A DNA stretch of 63,731 bases, counting the filler, from Aduncisulcus paluster (taxonomy: Eukaryota), in assembly GCA_024181965.1 (NCBI GenBank). It is 6 parts of 6 records of this genome, joined end to end, with 100 filler letters (N's around TTAATTAATTAA, not from the genome) between each part and the next. Parts side by side here need not be neighbours in the genome. Positions count along the whole stretch, not along the records: positions 49,238 to 56,803 come from BQXS01009959.1; positions 56,904 to 63,731 come from BQXS01009979.1; 4 more parts are not named here. One strand, written 5' to 3'. Within the stretch, counting starts at the first letter, position 1; the number at the start of each line of letters is the position of its first letter. Below are positions 54,703 to 63,731 of this stretch, one piece after another. The position numbers and the translations under genes are program-made. The notes beneath the pieces are model-generated. The model saw nothing but the letters and a program-made list of their open reading frames with translations, was not told the DNA's origin and made no database searches.

Positions 54703-54858
54703 CTGTCACTCAGTGCAAGAGAGGCTCTCTTGGCATTCAAGAATTGGAACAAGAAGGGTAAAAATATGCTGAGAAAGTGTGCCACTTGTTGTCAACTGTC
54801 ATATCTACCAGATTCTCAACGGTGACTGATCACTCAACCGTTGAGCCGTGACAGCTTT
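54703..54858. ncRNA. Candidate structured non-coding RNA, class unknown
   Basis: GC-elevated intergenic island with several stems: CTCAACGGT/ACCGTTGAG, CAAGAGA/TCTCTTG, CTGTCAC/GTGACAG and CTCAG/CTGAG. Confidence 0.4.
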
Positions 54859-55187
54859 GAGGCAAAACTGAAAATACTGTCTATGAAGCTAACCACTTAG
54901 ACCTTTTCAATTGTAAATCATTTTTAATCCTCAATTATTAATTTTCCATTAATTTCTAACTTCAATAAATATATTAATCTAGTAGTTCGAATTCTTTGAA
55001 AGAAATCTAAGTCTGAGGCGCAATTGATTTTGTGTAAGGAATTTTTTTGTATTATATTTTTTATAAATTGGATTTAATTAAACATTTTCACATTTCTGTT
55101 TATTTTTTTTCATGAATTCGTCGTTATTTTTGTAAAAATACTTATAAATATATATCTACAATAGTTAGGCTTCATTACAAGATTTCT

Positions 55188-56201
55188 ATGGATTTGAAAG
55201 TCAAAAAAGAACTAATATATTCAGGAATTTCCTTCCTTCCTGTAATAACTCTGGCACCAGATAATGAATTCATTCAAATTGATGCTCCTCGTGTTGTTTC
55301 GAAAAACTATTCCAGAGATAGGTCTAAAAATGCCAGAGATTTTCTTAAGAATCAGAAAAATAGTCTTTTGTTTTCCGAATTAACACTCCCCTTCATTGAA
55401 TCTCAAATGGTTCAATATTTGTTGATTAAGCTCTGTGGAAATGGATATAACCCCTCTAAATTTACAATTCAAATCGGAAATGCAGATTTATCCCATGATA
55501 TCGATGTTACTTTCTCGCGAAAACCAGATAAGTTTTGGCTGATAAAAATATCGCTCTTTGACAATTCAATTTCATCTTCAACCCAATGTTCTCCTCTTCC
55601 AATTCCTATATCATATATTAAAATCTTCAATGCCAAACGGTGGAAATCCACAAGATCTAGCATTGCTTTCCATGGTATTCAAGTTGTGGGGGAGAAGAGG
55701 ATATATCGCATTTCAAGACTTTTCTCAGCGTTCGATCTCGTAACATACCTTTCTCGCTGGATGGGTGTGATGTCATTGTGCGAGATTAAGAGACTTGTAT
55801 CCCGTATTGGCACGTATATTGGTAAACCGTGTATTGGTGACTCCTCCTCTTCCTGCCTTTCTACAGGATCTATTGTCAATTCATATCTTCCACCCGATTT
55901 AATCCATCCTTTTCTCGCCGCTTTTATATTTTCCTCCCTTGAAGTCCTTCGTTTTCTTGCTCAACAAGGAATTGTCCCTGTCGATCGATGGTACATTCAG
56001 ATTGGCCTCCATCCCAAGCGGCAATGGTTCATACTCACTCCAAGTCTGACCCTTAAGGATGTTACTTGCTTCATTGGTAACTATATTAGAGATCCTGATA
56101 TCCTGGGTCATGTTTCAATATCCATGGATAAGTTAGTTGTGCTCAAGTATGCTCTTCTTTCAACTCAAACCCAGAGATTATTCGACTCAACGGAATTATA
56201 A
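55188..56201 (+). CDS. Hypothetical protein with an N-terminal beta-rich domain similar to that of the 24599 gene
   Basis: DRSKNARDFLK...FSELTLPF...YLLIKL...PSKFTIQI...FWLIKI...W...IAFHGIQVVG. Confidence 0.7.
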   Translation: MDLKVKKELIYSGISFLPVITLAPDNEFIQIDAPRVVSKNYSRDRSKNARDFLKNQKNSLLFSELTLPFIESQMVQYLLIKLCGNGYNPSKFTIQIGNADLSHDIDVTFSRKPDKFWLIKISLFDNSISSSTQCSPLPIPISYIKIFNAKRWKSTRSSIAFHGIQVVGEKRIYRISRLFSAFDLVTYLSRWMGVMSLCEIKRLVSRIGTYIGKPCIGDSSSSCLSTGSIVNSYLPPDLIHPFLAAFIFSSLEVLRFLAQQGIVPVDRWYIQIGLHPKRQWFILTPSLTLKDVTCFIGNYIRDPDILGHVSISMDKLVVLKYALLSTQTQRLFDSTEL

Positions 56202-56482
56202 TCACATATATGGAAGATAGTTTAATTTATCCAGAATATATCCTTATTTTTGATGTGTATCTTTGGTAAAATTTTGAGGATGTTTAAAAATGGATACAAT
56301 TCCATTTATTTTTCAATTTCATTCGATTATTAAAATTATATCTATTAAATATTATCTCATTCCATTCGATATTCATCCAGAAATGTCCCCTGGCACTGGC
56401 ATTCCATGAGACATGATCCTCCCCAAAAATATTAATTGGGGACATCTATTCCTCTTCTCAAACTGCCAATTTTCCTGTCATA

Positions 56483-56803
56483 ATGTCACTCAAAAGTCCC
56501 TGTTGTGGATTAATTTTGTGTCTCCCCCCCTTTGGAATTCTAGGACTTCAGAGGTTTTATGTTGGAGATTTCTGTATGGGTATTCTATACTTCTGCACTC
56601 TGGGTTTCTTTGGGATTGGATGGATCATTGATCTCTGCATTATCCCTGGCAAAATCAGAGAGATGAACGCATTGCTAACACAACCCAAGACTGTCATTCA
56701 TCAGACAGCTTACCAAGGCACTTCTGCTCCTGTTGCTAGTGATCCTCTCCTTGCTCAATTTGTCCAGAGTTCTATCACACAACGGGCTGTTCAACAGTCA
56801 CAG
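56483..56803 (+). CDS. TM2-domain protein (3' truncated)
   Basis: GILGLQRFYVG...GILYFCTLGFFGIGWIIDL is the TM2 signature. Confidence 0.9.
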
Positions 56804-56903
56804 NNNNNNNNNNNNNNNNNNNNNNNNNNNNNNNNNNNNNNNNNNNNTTAATTAATTAANNNNNNNNNNNNNNNNNNNNNNNNNNNNNNNNNNNNNNNNN
56901 NNN
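56804..56903. other. Artificial contig spacer
   Basis: N44-TTAATTAATTAA-N44. Confidence 0.98.
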
Positions 56904-58641
56904 GAATAAATTGTTCTTCAACCACTGTGCAATAACCACACCCGTACTTGTGTTTCCTATCAAAAGAATAAGAGAAGAAATTACTGAGATCCTGGGTTGG
57001 GGGGCATGCTATACACATCCACCCTGGACCCTTGATTCCTTTCTTCACCATAAACCAATCAAGAGGAGAGATAGAGGAACCAAAGCAGTGGGAATAAGTC
57101 CTTGAACTGCTGGGGAGAGCAGAGGAAGAGACACTGGCAGGGTACTCAACACAGAGCCACACTTGAGGAGACCTATCCACTGTGGGGTCGGATGACACGT
57201 ACTTACAGATCTGCAGGGAGTATCGAAGAGATGCCTTAGGTATTTTCAAATGGCTTCTAACATCACGCATGAGGTGTTGGAATTGAGTCCGTTGTTCTTC
57301 AGAGAGCATGGATAAGGGGATAGAAATTCGACTGGAACTGACAATACTATCCTTACTCGACGAGGCATCTTTATCCTTGGCATCAGAAGCATTGGCATCA
57401 CCAGATGTTTGCTGGGAGGACTGACTTGAAACCTGGGAGGACTGACTTGAAACCTGGGAAGAAGAAGAAGATGTTTGAGGATTCTTTGAAGGGAATGCAC
57501 GAGATACATTGGCTTTCACACGCTCATCTTGGAGCAACTCCTTGAGTGAATATGACTCGTTTGGAAGAATCCAAGCAACCCGACTCATATTCTTGATTCC
57601 AACGACACATGACTGGGTTGACAGGGGAGGTTTCCCCTTTTCAAATGGAAGTGTTAGGACTTTTCCATACATAAATAGCCTATCAGGATATTTGAATTCT
57701 TCATAGTGCGTATGAGTGAAATACATGTAGACGAGATTCTTGTTCTTCGCAACAACGGGTGGGACAGACGATGTGGATGATGTTACGGCTGAAGAGGAGC
57801 CAGGAATACGAGATATAGACCGCGGGGACTGAGGAGACGCAGGGGGGGACCTGGAATACGTTGGTCCACCAAGAGTGGGAGATCTTGGAGGGGAATGTGA
57901 TGGTGGTTGAGTTCCACCCGTTTGAAGAGGTGAGAATCCCATTGGAGAAGAGAAGGAAGGGAGAGGGGAAGCGGGGGTCTCCAGAGAATGCAAGTTCATG
58001 ATATCGAGTTCTTCTTCATCTTCATCTTCTTCGATAGGTTTTCGAGGGGAGGAAGAAGATAACGGAGAGGAAATAACATCAGAAGAAAGCTTATGGGAAA
58101 TATCTTCCTTTTCTTCTTTCCTTTTGCTTTCTTTCGAAGCACGAGATTTTCGAGATTTCGTTTCTCTACGCTTCCGTTTTCTTTTCTTTCCAACAGTATC
58201 ATCAGTAATTCCATCTAATTCTGAAAATAAATCACCTAAAGCTTTCTTACTTTGGAAACTCGGCTTAATGGCAATAGGTTCAGCATTTACAGAGGGTTGA
58301 GAAAATTGTTGGACAATCCGACGAGAAGAAGGACGTTTTTTATCCCGTATATCATATACTTTAGCTTGTGATTTATCAATATGCTTCCCAGAACGTCTTT
58401 TCCCAATCTTCTGCTCTTGAGCATCTTCAACCCAATCTCCTTCACCTTCATCCGCATGTTGGGCTTCTTCTTGTAATATTTTTAATTGTTCATCCTAAGG
58501 TATTGCAAAAATATATTAGAAATAAAGAGAAAGAAAGGAAAACAATTCTAAAAGGTAGAAAAGACAACATACCTCCTTGTCAATGAGATCTTCAAGATCT
58601 TCTGAACTCCAGGCATCACGATCAATTTCCTTTGAATCCAT
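56904..58641 (-). CDS. POLA1: DNA polymerase alpha catalytic subunit, N-terminal part; exons 58641-58573 and 58494-56904 (3' truncated)
   Basis: LFMYGKV...SCVVGIKNMSRVAWILP...TYSHCFGSSISPLDWFMVKKGIKGPGW matches the Pol alpha N-terminal domain. A 78-nt intron at 58572-58495 (GTATGT...CCTTAG), phase 0, is in frame with the tracked ORF. Confidence 0.85.
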
Positions 58642-58875
58642 TTCGAAGACAAAACATGCATTGATTTCGATTTTGTAGTATCAGCTTAAATCAGCAATTA
58701 AAGAGGGGAATCACAATGTGAAATAATTAGAAATACACAAAAAAATTTACTAGTTATTTCTTCTGGGTATTTATGGCCTGAATGGATGCGGAATAGAATT
58801 TTCCACTGAAGTGCTTGAATCAATAAAGTGGAGTGCAACAAATATATTTCAAATATTATTTCAAATTGTGTTAAG

Positions 58876-60429
58876 CTATTTCTTTTGATATACTGCAAGA
58901 ATACCCTCAGATTTTTCACGTTGTTTTAACTGAGCAAGCATTACTTTCAATTCTTCTTCATATTGAGTTTCTTTCCAATCTGAAGCTGTAGATGACCCCT
59001 TCCCTTCAAGATCACGTTTTAACTTCATTGTATCACGATGTTTCATCCGTTTAACAAGGTGATCCATCATTGCATCGAGACTTGAATCGTCACCGTACCT
59101 AGCAATATCAGGAATGGCGGAAAATCCAACAACACATGGCGTCTGGGCCTTCTTTTTCGTTGGATTCTTCATGAGCTGTGCACAGGTTGACAGGGATGGT
59201 GCCAATGATAAGGGTGTCGCCGAAAGGATGGATGATTGTTCGTGAACATGAATCTCTGCCTCTGATCTATCCGAGATGGAGAAGAAGTGGGGCAAATGCG
59301 GTAACGAATGAATGTCAGTGACAGCAAAGTCAACGGGATTCTTTTCGGAGGAATCTCGACGACTCTCAGTTCGACTGCTATCCTCCCTCACTCTTTTAAC
59401 GACACTATTCACGCAAATATCGACCTGTTCAATCTCACCAGATGCCCGGCCTATCAGTAACATTAACGAGTCTGAAGAAACACAACATGATGAAACAGGA
59501 GGAGTAATTGTATGAGAAATAGGTGCAGAAGAAGAAGCTGAGGAAGAAGAGGAAGAAGAGGAAGAAGAAGAGGCTTGATCTTTTCGTTTTATGATAGTTC
59601 CCTCAAGGATAACATGAGCAGCAAAGAATGTTCCTTCTTTACGACTGAGATCATACAGCATGCAACCTCCATCATGCGATCCAACACACAGAGAAAAGGC
59701 AGCAAGGGACATGCATAAGGGGGCGAATGGAGTATGGATGGATGCAGTTGGATGCAAACGCCGATGAGACGGAGTAGATGAAGACGAAATGAGACTGCTA
59801 CTCGCTGAGGAGACACGGTCAGATGCAATTATCGAGCGTGTATCATACATCCGAATGGATCTATCAAGACTGCATGTCAAAAAACAACATGAATGTTCGT
59901 TAGATGTCTCAACAAATACAATACTCCTGATTGGCAAAGTATGATCAAGGCAGACGAAGAGACAATGGAAAGAATCGCTAAAAGAATTGGCACCTAGTAT
60001 TTGAGAGATAGACCAAATATTGACAACACCATCATCAGCTCCGGAACAAAGGAAGGAAGAATCAGGAGAGACGGCAATTCGAGATATCGATCTGGAATGG
60101 GCACGAAAGGTGCCATATTGTTCACCTGTCAATAGACACCACACAATTATATCTCCTTTTTTAGTTCCAGCATATAATATATTTTTGCTCGCAGTGACAC
60201 ATGTAACAACAGAGGGACATGGACATCTATATAATGGAGTTGATTTATCGAGTTTATGAATATGTATAACGGCTTTGGTGGGATGAGCAGTGATCAAATA
60301 ATTTCCATGAATACAAGAAGCCCCACTTCGGACAAAAGCATCTTTATAAGTAATTAAGGGAATGTTGGATTTGAAATCCCATATTTCTGTTCTTTCTTTC
60401 CCTTCAGAAGTGCATAAATATAGTTCCAT
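58876..60429 (-). CDS. WD40 protein, WDR18/Ipi3-like (Rix1 complex)
   Basis: GDIIVWCLLTGE...AHSRSI...SGADDGVVNIW...DHTLPI...TCSLDRSIRMYD and a C-terminal coiled coil. The likely start is ATG 60429. Confidence 0.75.
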   Translation of the reverse strand: MELYLCTSEGKERTEIWDFKSNIPLITYKDAFVRSGASCIHGNYLITAHPTKAVIHIHKLDKSTPLYRCPCPSVVTCVTASKNILYAGTKKGDIIVWCLLTGEQYGTFRAHSRSISRIAVSPDSSFLCSGADDGVVNIWSISQILGANSFSDSFHCLFVCLDHTLPIRSIVFVETSNEHSCCFLTCSLDRSIRMYDTRSIIASDRVSSASSSLISSSSTPSHRRLHPTASIHTPFAPLCMSLAAFSLCVGSHDGGCMLYDLSRKEGTFFAAHVILEGTIIKRKDQASSSSSSSSSSSASSSAPISHTITPPVSSCCVSSDSLMLLIGRASGEIEQVDICVNSVVKRVREDSSRTESRRDSSEKNPVDFAVTDIHSLPHLPHFFSISDRSEAEIHVHEQSSILSATPLSLAPSLSTCAQLMKNPTKKKAQTPCVVGFSAIPDIARYGDDSSLDAMMDHLVKRMKHRDTMKLKRDLEGKGSSTASDWKETQYEEELKVMLAQLKQREKSEGILAVYQKK

Positions 60430-60559
60430 TCTGCCTAATCCTCCCACAAGAGCTGATTTGTTTTCTCTTTTTTTTAGAGACAATAAAACTAAAATACCGT
60501 TGAAAATCTGAATTAATAAACATATAACATTCAATTATTATTATTTATTTCTGCACCGA

Positions 60560-61219
60560 TCACACAATTTTGTTCTTTTTGAAATAAGTTCTAAGATAGA
60601 TAAATTGCCAAAAAGCAAGTCCAGCAAAAAGAAGAATTTCAAAGATTCCAAATATAATAGTACCAGTTCTGGCGGCCTTTGAACTTCCAGCTTGCTTTTC
60701 GTGTCTTGCAGAAGCCTGTTCTTGGGCAGATTGAATATATGAAGTTTTGATGTGAACTCTTCCAAGAGAAGTCTCAACGGATTTCATCCTAAGATCTTGA
60801 GTCGGATTATTGTCGTTTGTACCTTCAAAGCTCATAGATATCTTAATCCTCCTTTTACCTCTCATCCAACGCATTCCTTGCTCAGCTGAGAAACAAATTG
60901 AGTGAGGTCCATCATCTGATGGAGTCCACATCATCATATTTTCACCAACTTTGCCAGAAGAAGTGGCAACCTCGACCTTTGAAGCGTCACGAACACTTAC
61001 AGTGACATTATTGTTAGAAGAACCACTATATGTATTATTTGTTGGGTTTTCAAATTCATAACTGTAAATCATTGTAATAGGATTCCCTTTGACAACGTTA
61101 TGAGAAAAACACTTGGAATCACCGGGTAAGATCATAAAATATAATCCACTATCACAGGCAATAAGTGTGATTATGGCAAGAAAAATGAGAATACTGGCAA
61201 ATTTGTGTTGTAATGCCAT
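60560..61219 (-). CDS. p24/emp24 GOLD-domain cargo receptor
   Basis: Signal peptide, KCF and HSICF GOLD cysteines, coiled coil, TM with WQ, and tail YLRTYFKKNKIV. Confidence 0.93.
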   Translation of the reverse strand: MALQHKFASILIFLAIITLIACDSGLYFMILPGDSKCFSHNVVKGNPITMIYSYEFENPTNNTYSGSSNNNVTVSVRDASKVEVATSSGKVGENMMMWTPSDDGPHSICFSAEQGMRWMRGKRRIKISMSFEGTNDNNPTQDLRMKSVETSLGRVHIKTSYIQSAQEQASARHEKQAGSSKAARTGTIIFGIFEILLFAGLAFWQFIYLRTYFKKNKIV

Positions 61220-61682
61220 ATAGAAGGTGCAAAATAGGCGACGGCTTCTGACTATTTTTACAAAATATCAAAATGGATAATGTGTTAAATTTTCAGATTT
61301 TTCTTGGAGTTTTAATCACGGAAAAATATTTTAAGGATACTTTGCTAATTTCAATTGTCCTGGAGTGGAAGCCGAGTTTATTTCGCCAGATATTAAAATT
61401 ACCATTAATTAAGCATATAAACAGTTTAATAAAATCTGTTTTAAATCCATTAGCATTTCAACATATTCAATTACTTCTTCTAATATCGAGAAAACCTTCA
61501 AACATTGTTAAAGATAGAAACTAATTATGATAGGCCGAATTGAAATTTTAAATTTGTGCATATAACACATTAGTGTTGGTAAATAGAACTTTGATACCAA
61601 TGAAGATTCCTTCTATTTAAAAATACCAAAAGAAGTCTGTTTTTGATCACCTACACCTAATTTTATTTTTTAATATTTAATT

Positions 61683-62525
61683 ATGGAATATCAAACCGGT
61701 CTTCCTCCATCTGTCATTACTGAAAAGGGTGGTTGCTGTTCAAAAGGATGCAGCTGCCTTATTGATTTATTCGCTGGCCTCTTTTATTTAGTATTTTGTA
61801 TTATTATTGCGGGCTGTTTCCTTATTGCCGATGTCGTAATTTTATGGGATTCGGAGGCTAATAATGGGATGGTTCCTTACAATATGTACTCTATGGTTAT
61901 TANNNNNNNNNNNNNNNNNNNNGTCATTACTGAAAAGGGTGGTTGCTGTTCAAAAGGATGCAGCTGCCTTATTGATTTATTCGCTGGCCTCTTTTATTTA
62001 GTATTTTGTATTATTATTGCGGGCTGTTTCCTTATTGCCGATGTCGTAATTTTATGGGATTCGGAGGCTAATAATGGGATGGTTCCTTACAATATGTACT
62101 CTATGGTTATTACGGATATTTGCGTCAATTTTGTCACTCTTATTGCCGGTATTATTAATTGTTGTGGTTCTATCTGTTGCTGTAAAGGCGATGATAAGGA
62201 GAAACACGTTCTAACTCGCATGAAAATATCTTACACCATTGATATCATCAAAGTTTGCATTTACGCTTGGTTTATTTATCAACTTGTTGTCCTTATTGAG
62301 AACCAGGATTGGATTGAAAACGTGTTATCGAAGGATGATATCTACAAGTTCTGTGTCCTCCTTGGAGCCATGGCCATTGTCTTCATTGTGATATTCTTCG
62401 TTTCTCTCCCATTCAGACTCTGCTTCAACTGTTGTAATAAGGGCATTGCAAGGAATGCCTCCGATAAGACATACGTTCGAAGCCCTCTTCTCGCCCATGC
62501 TCAACCTGGTGTGTATGGAGTTTGA
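61683..62525 (+). CDS. Cys-rich multi-pass (about 4 TM) membrane protein
   Basis: Hydrophobic helices flanked by CC clusters. 61713-61902 is duplicated at 61923-62112 across 20 N (true length about 210 aa). Confidence 0.75.
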   Translation: MEYQTGLPPSVITEKGGCCSKGCSCLIDLFAGLFYLVFCIIIAGCFLIADVVILWDSEANNGMVPYNMYSMVIXXXXXXXVITEKGGCCSKGCSCLIDLFAGLFYLVFCIIIAGCFLIADVVILWDSEANNGMVPYNMYSMVITDICVNFVTLIAGIINCCGSICCCKGDDKEKHVLTRMKISYTIDIIKVCIYAWFIYQLVVLIENQDWIENVLSKDDIYKFCVLLGAMAIVFIVIFFVSLPFRLCFNCCNKGIARNASDKTYVRSPLLAHAQPGVYGV

Positions 62526-63537
62526 AAATTGAATTATATTCTTAGATACTTCATAAATTGAATCAGTATTAGTAGATCTCCGAACAATATAAGTCTATTT
62601 GCGTGTTTTATTGAAAGATTTTAACGATGAAACTTCCAATCGTCAATTCAAGCGCCTCACAAGACACCAAAAATAAAAAAGATCTAAAACCGTGTGAGTT
62701 AGCGAATTAATTAATGCTCTAAAGGGGATTATATAAAGCTTAGATGACAATAAGATGGGTTCAGATTGCAGAAATGAAACAAACTGAAGAAATTATAGAG
62801 ATCTAGGGTTTGTGTTGGATATGATTGTGTATTAGACATTTCAATGTCTGAATAATATAAAAATGAATGAAAATTGACATATTTTCAGATAATTACAAAA
62901 TAACGACAAAAATTTATACATAGAACTTCAAAAATGGAAAAAGAAATGGAGTGCTGTTCACGATTGAAAAAAAAGCTTAATAAGAAATAAACAATATAAT
63001 TCCTGCTTTATGGATTGTTTTGAATAGAATTTGGAGGGGCTAATTTTCTCCTTCTTTGTATTTCTATTATTATTGCCATGAGAAGACAAACTCCAGTTAA
63101 AAATCCAAAAATAATAAGAAGCGCTGTATATTCACTTTCTTCCATATAATTTCAAAATAAAACGTGATATTATTAATTTGATATGTCAAAAAGAATCCGA
63201 CTTGAAATTGAATATAATAAGAGCGACTTCGGTTAAAATTGTCGGAGCCAATGAATGGACTATTGAATGGAACCTCCAAACGACATCATTAATACGAAAT
63301 AAAAATGAGATAAAAATGATGAAATAAAAATAAAAATGTATCTTATGGAAAGGGATGTAATAAATATATTACAATATCCAATCAGATCCAACAATAGGAT
63401 ATGGACAGCAATAATGGAAGAAGAATGTATGTATCATAGCTAAATTATTAATTTAAGTGTATTATAAATCAAAATTTACTAATTTTAATCCATATTATCG
63501 AACAATTGACAAAGTCGTAAGTGATGCCATTGAAAAA

Positions 63538-63731
63538 ATGGTAAGGAGGCATACTCCACAGAAAATGAGGATTAAGGTGGTATATTTAGTATTATTTCTG
63601 CACGTTTCGACCGAAGAAATTGCAAAAGCGATCCATGTGGCTGAAAGATCCGTCGAAAGATGGGTTGCAAATTGGAAAAAAGGGCAATTAGAGGAGGAAC
63701 AGGGTACAAGAAGAAGAGTTCGGACAATAAC
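63538..63731 (+). mobile_element. N-terminal HTH of a probable IS630/Tc1/mariner transposase (runs off the window end)
   Basis: Manual translation MVRRHTPQKMRIKVVYLVLFLHVSTEEIAKAIHVAERSVERWVANWKKG...RRRVRTI shows an S..EIA....V..RSV.RW helix-turn-helix followed by a basic linker. Confidence 0.6.

Noticed and set aside
54750-54765. Possible telomerase template (UUACCCUU on the minus strand) in the structured island
   Set aside because: The telomere repeat of this organism is not visible here and I could not identify a pseudoknot, so it is too speculative.
56383-56444. 8-bp inverted repeat ATGTCCCC/GGGGACAT upstream of the TM2 gene
   Set aside because: It is a single short stem with a long unpaired interior and is plausible by chance.
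27165-62112. Apparent tandem duplications in the phosphatase, RRM, Sec61 and Cys-rich genes
   Set aside because: Each is a 190-248 bp overlap flanking an exact 20-N gap, which indicates a scaffolding artefact.
3471-63731. Alternative genetic code (TAA/TAG read as Gln, as in hexamitid diplomonads)
   Set aside because: Conserved genes end at the expected positions with TAA, TAG or TGA, and long ORFs have no internal stops.

Overview
This is a compact, AT-rich eukaryotic (protist) genome window that uses the standard genetic code and has few, short GT-AG introns (70-86 nt). It is not one locus. Six contigs are joined by artificial 100-nt N44-TTAATTAATTAA-N44 spacers, and four 20-N gaps have duplicated flanks. 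Gene content includes a phospholipid scramblase, LUC7, CPSF30, GlnRS, a TMC-like channel, VPS13, tRNA-Glu, an acid phosphatase, a YbaK-like protein, TMEM258/OST5, RNase T2, IFT74, Rpn6, a BAR protein, a Rab fusion, Sec61alpha, a PDI-like protein, CCDC61/VFL3, Pol alpha, WDR18 and p24. This indicates a flagellate; one recurring domain family resembles, from memory only, an expansion in the fornicate Aduncisulcus paluster (unverified). Contig 2 (11468-20008) is a graveyard of Ty3/gypsy-chromovirus, DIRS-like and CMC/EnSpm-like fragments. The main observations outside the ORF track are: (1) a U1 snRNA gene (30594-30749, minus) with no canonical Sm site or U1A loop; (2) a large IQ-motif protein whose N-terminal half follows the myosin motor motif order with every catalytic motif destroyed (candidate pseudo-myosin); (3) a 9-nt micro-exon in RNase T2; (4) an unnamed beta-rich domain found in three architectures, one fused to a Rab GTPase; (5) a candidate structured ncRNA at about 54700-54860. 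All assignments come from reading motifs by eye; no searches were run.
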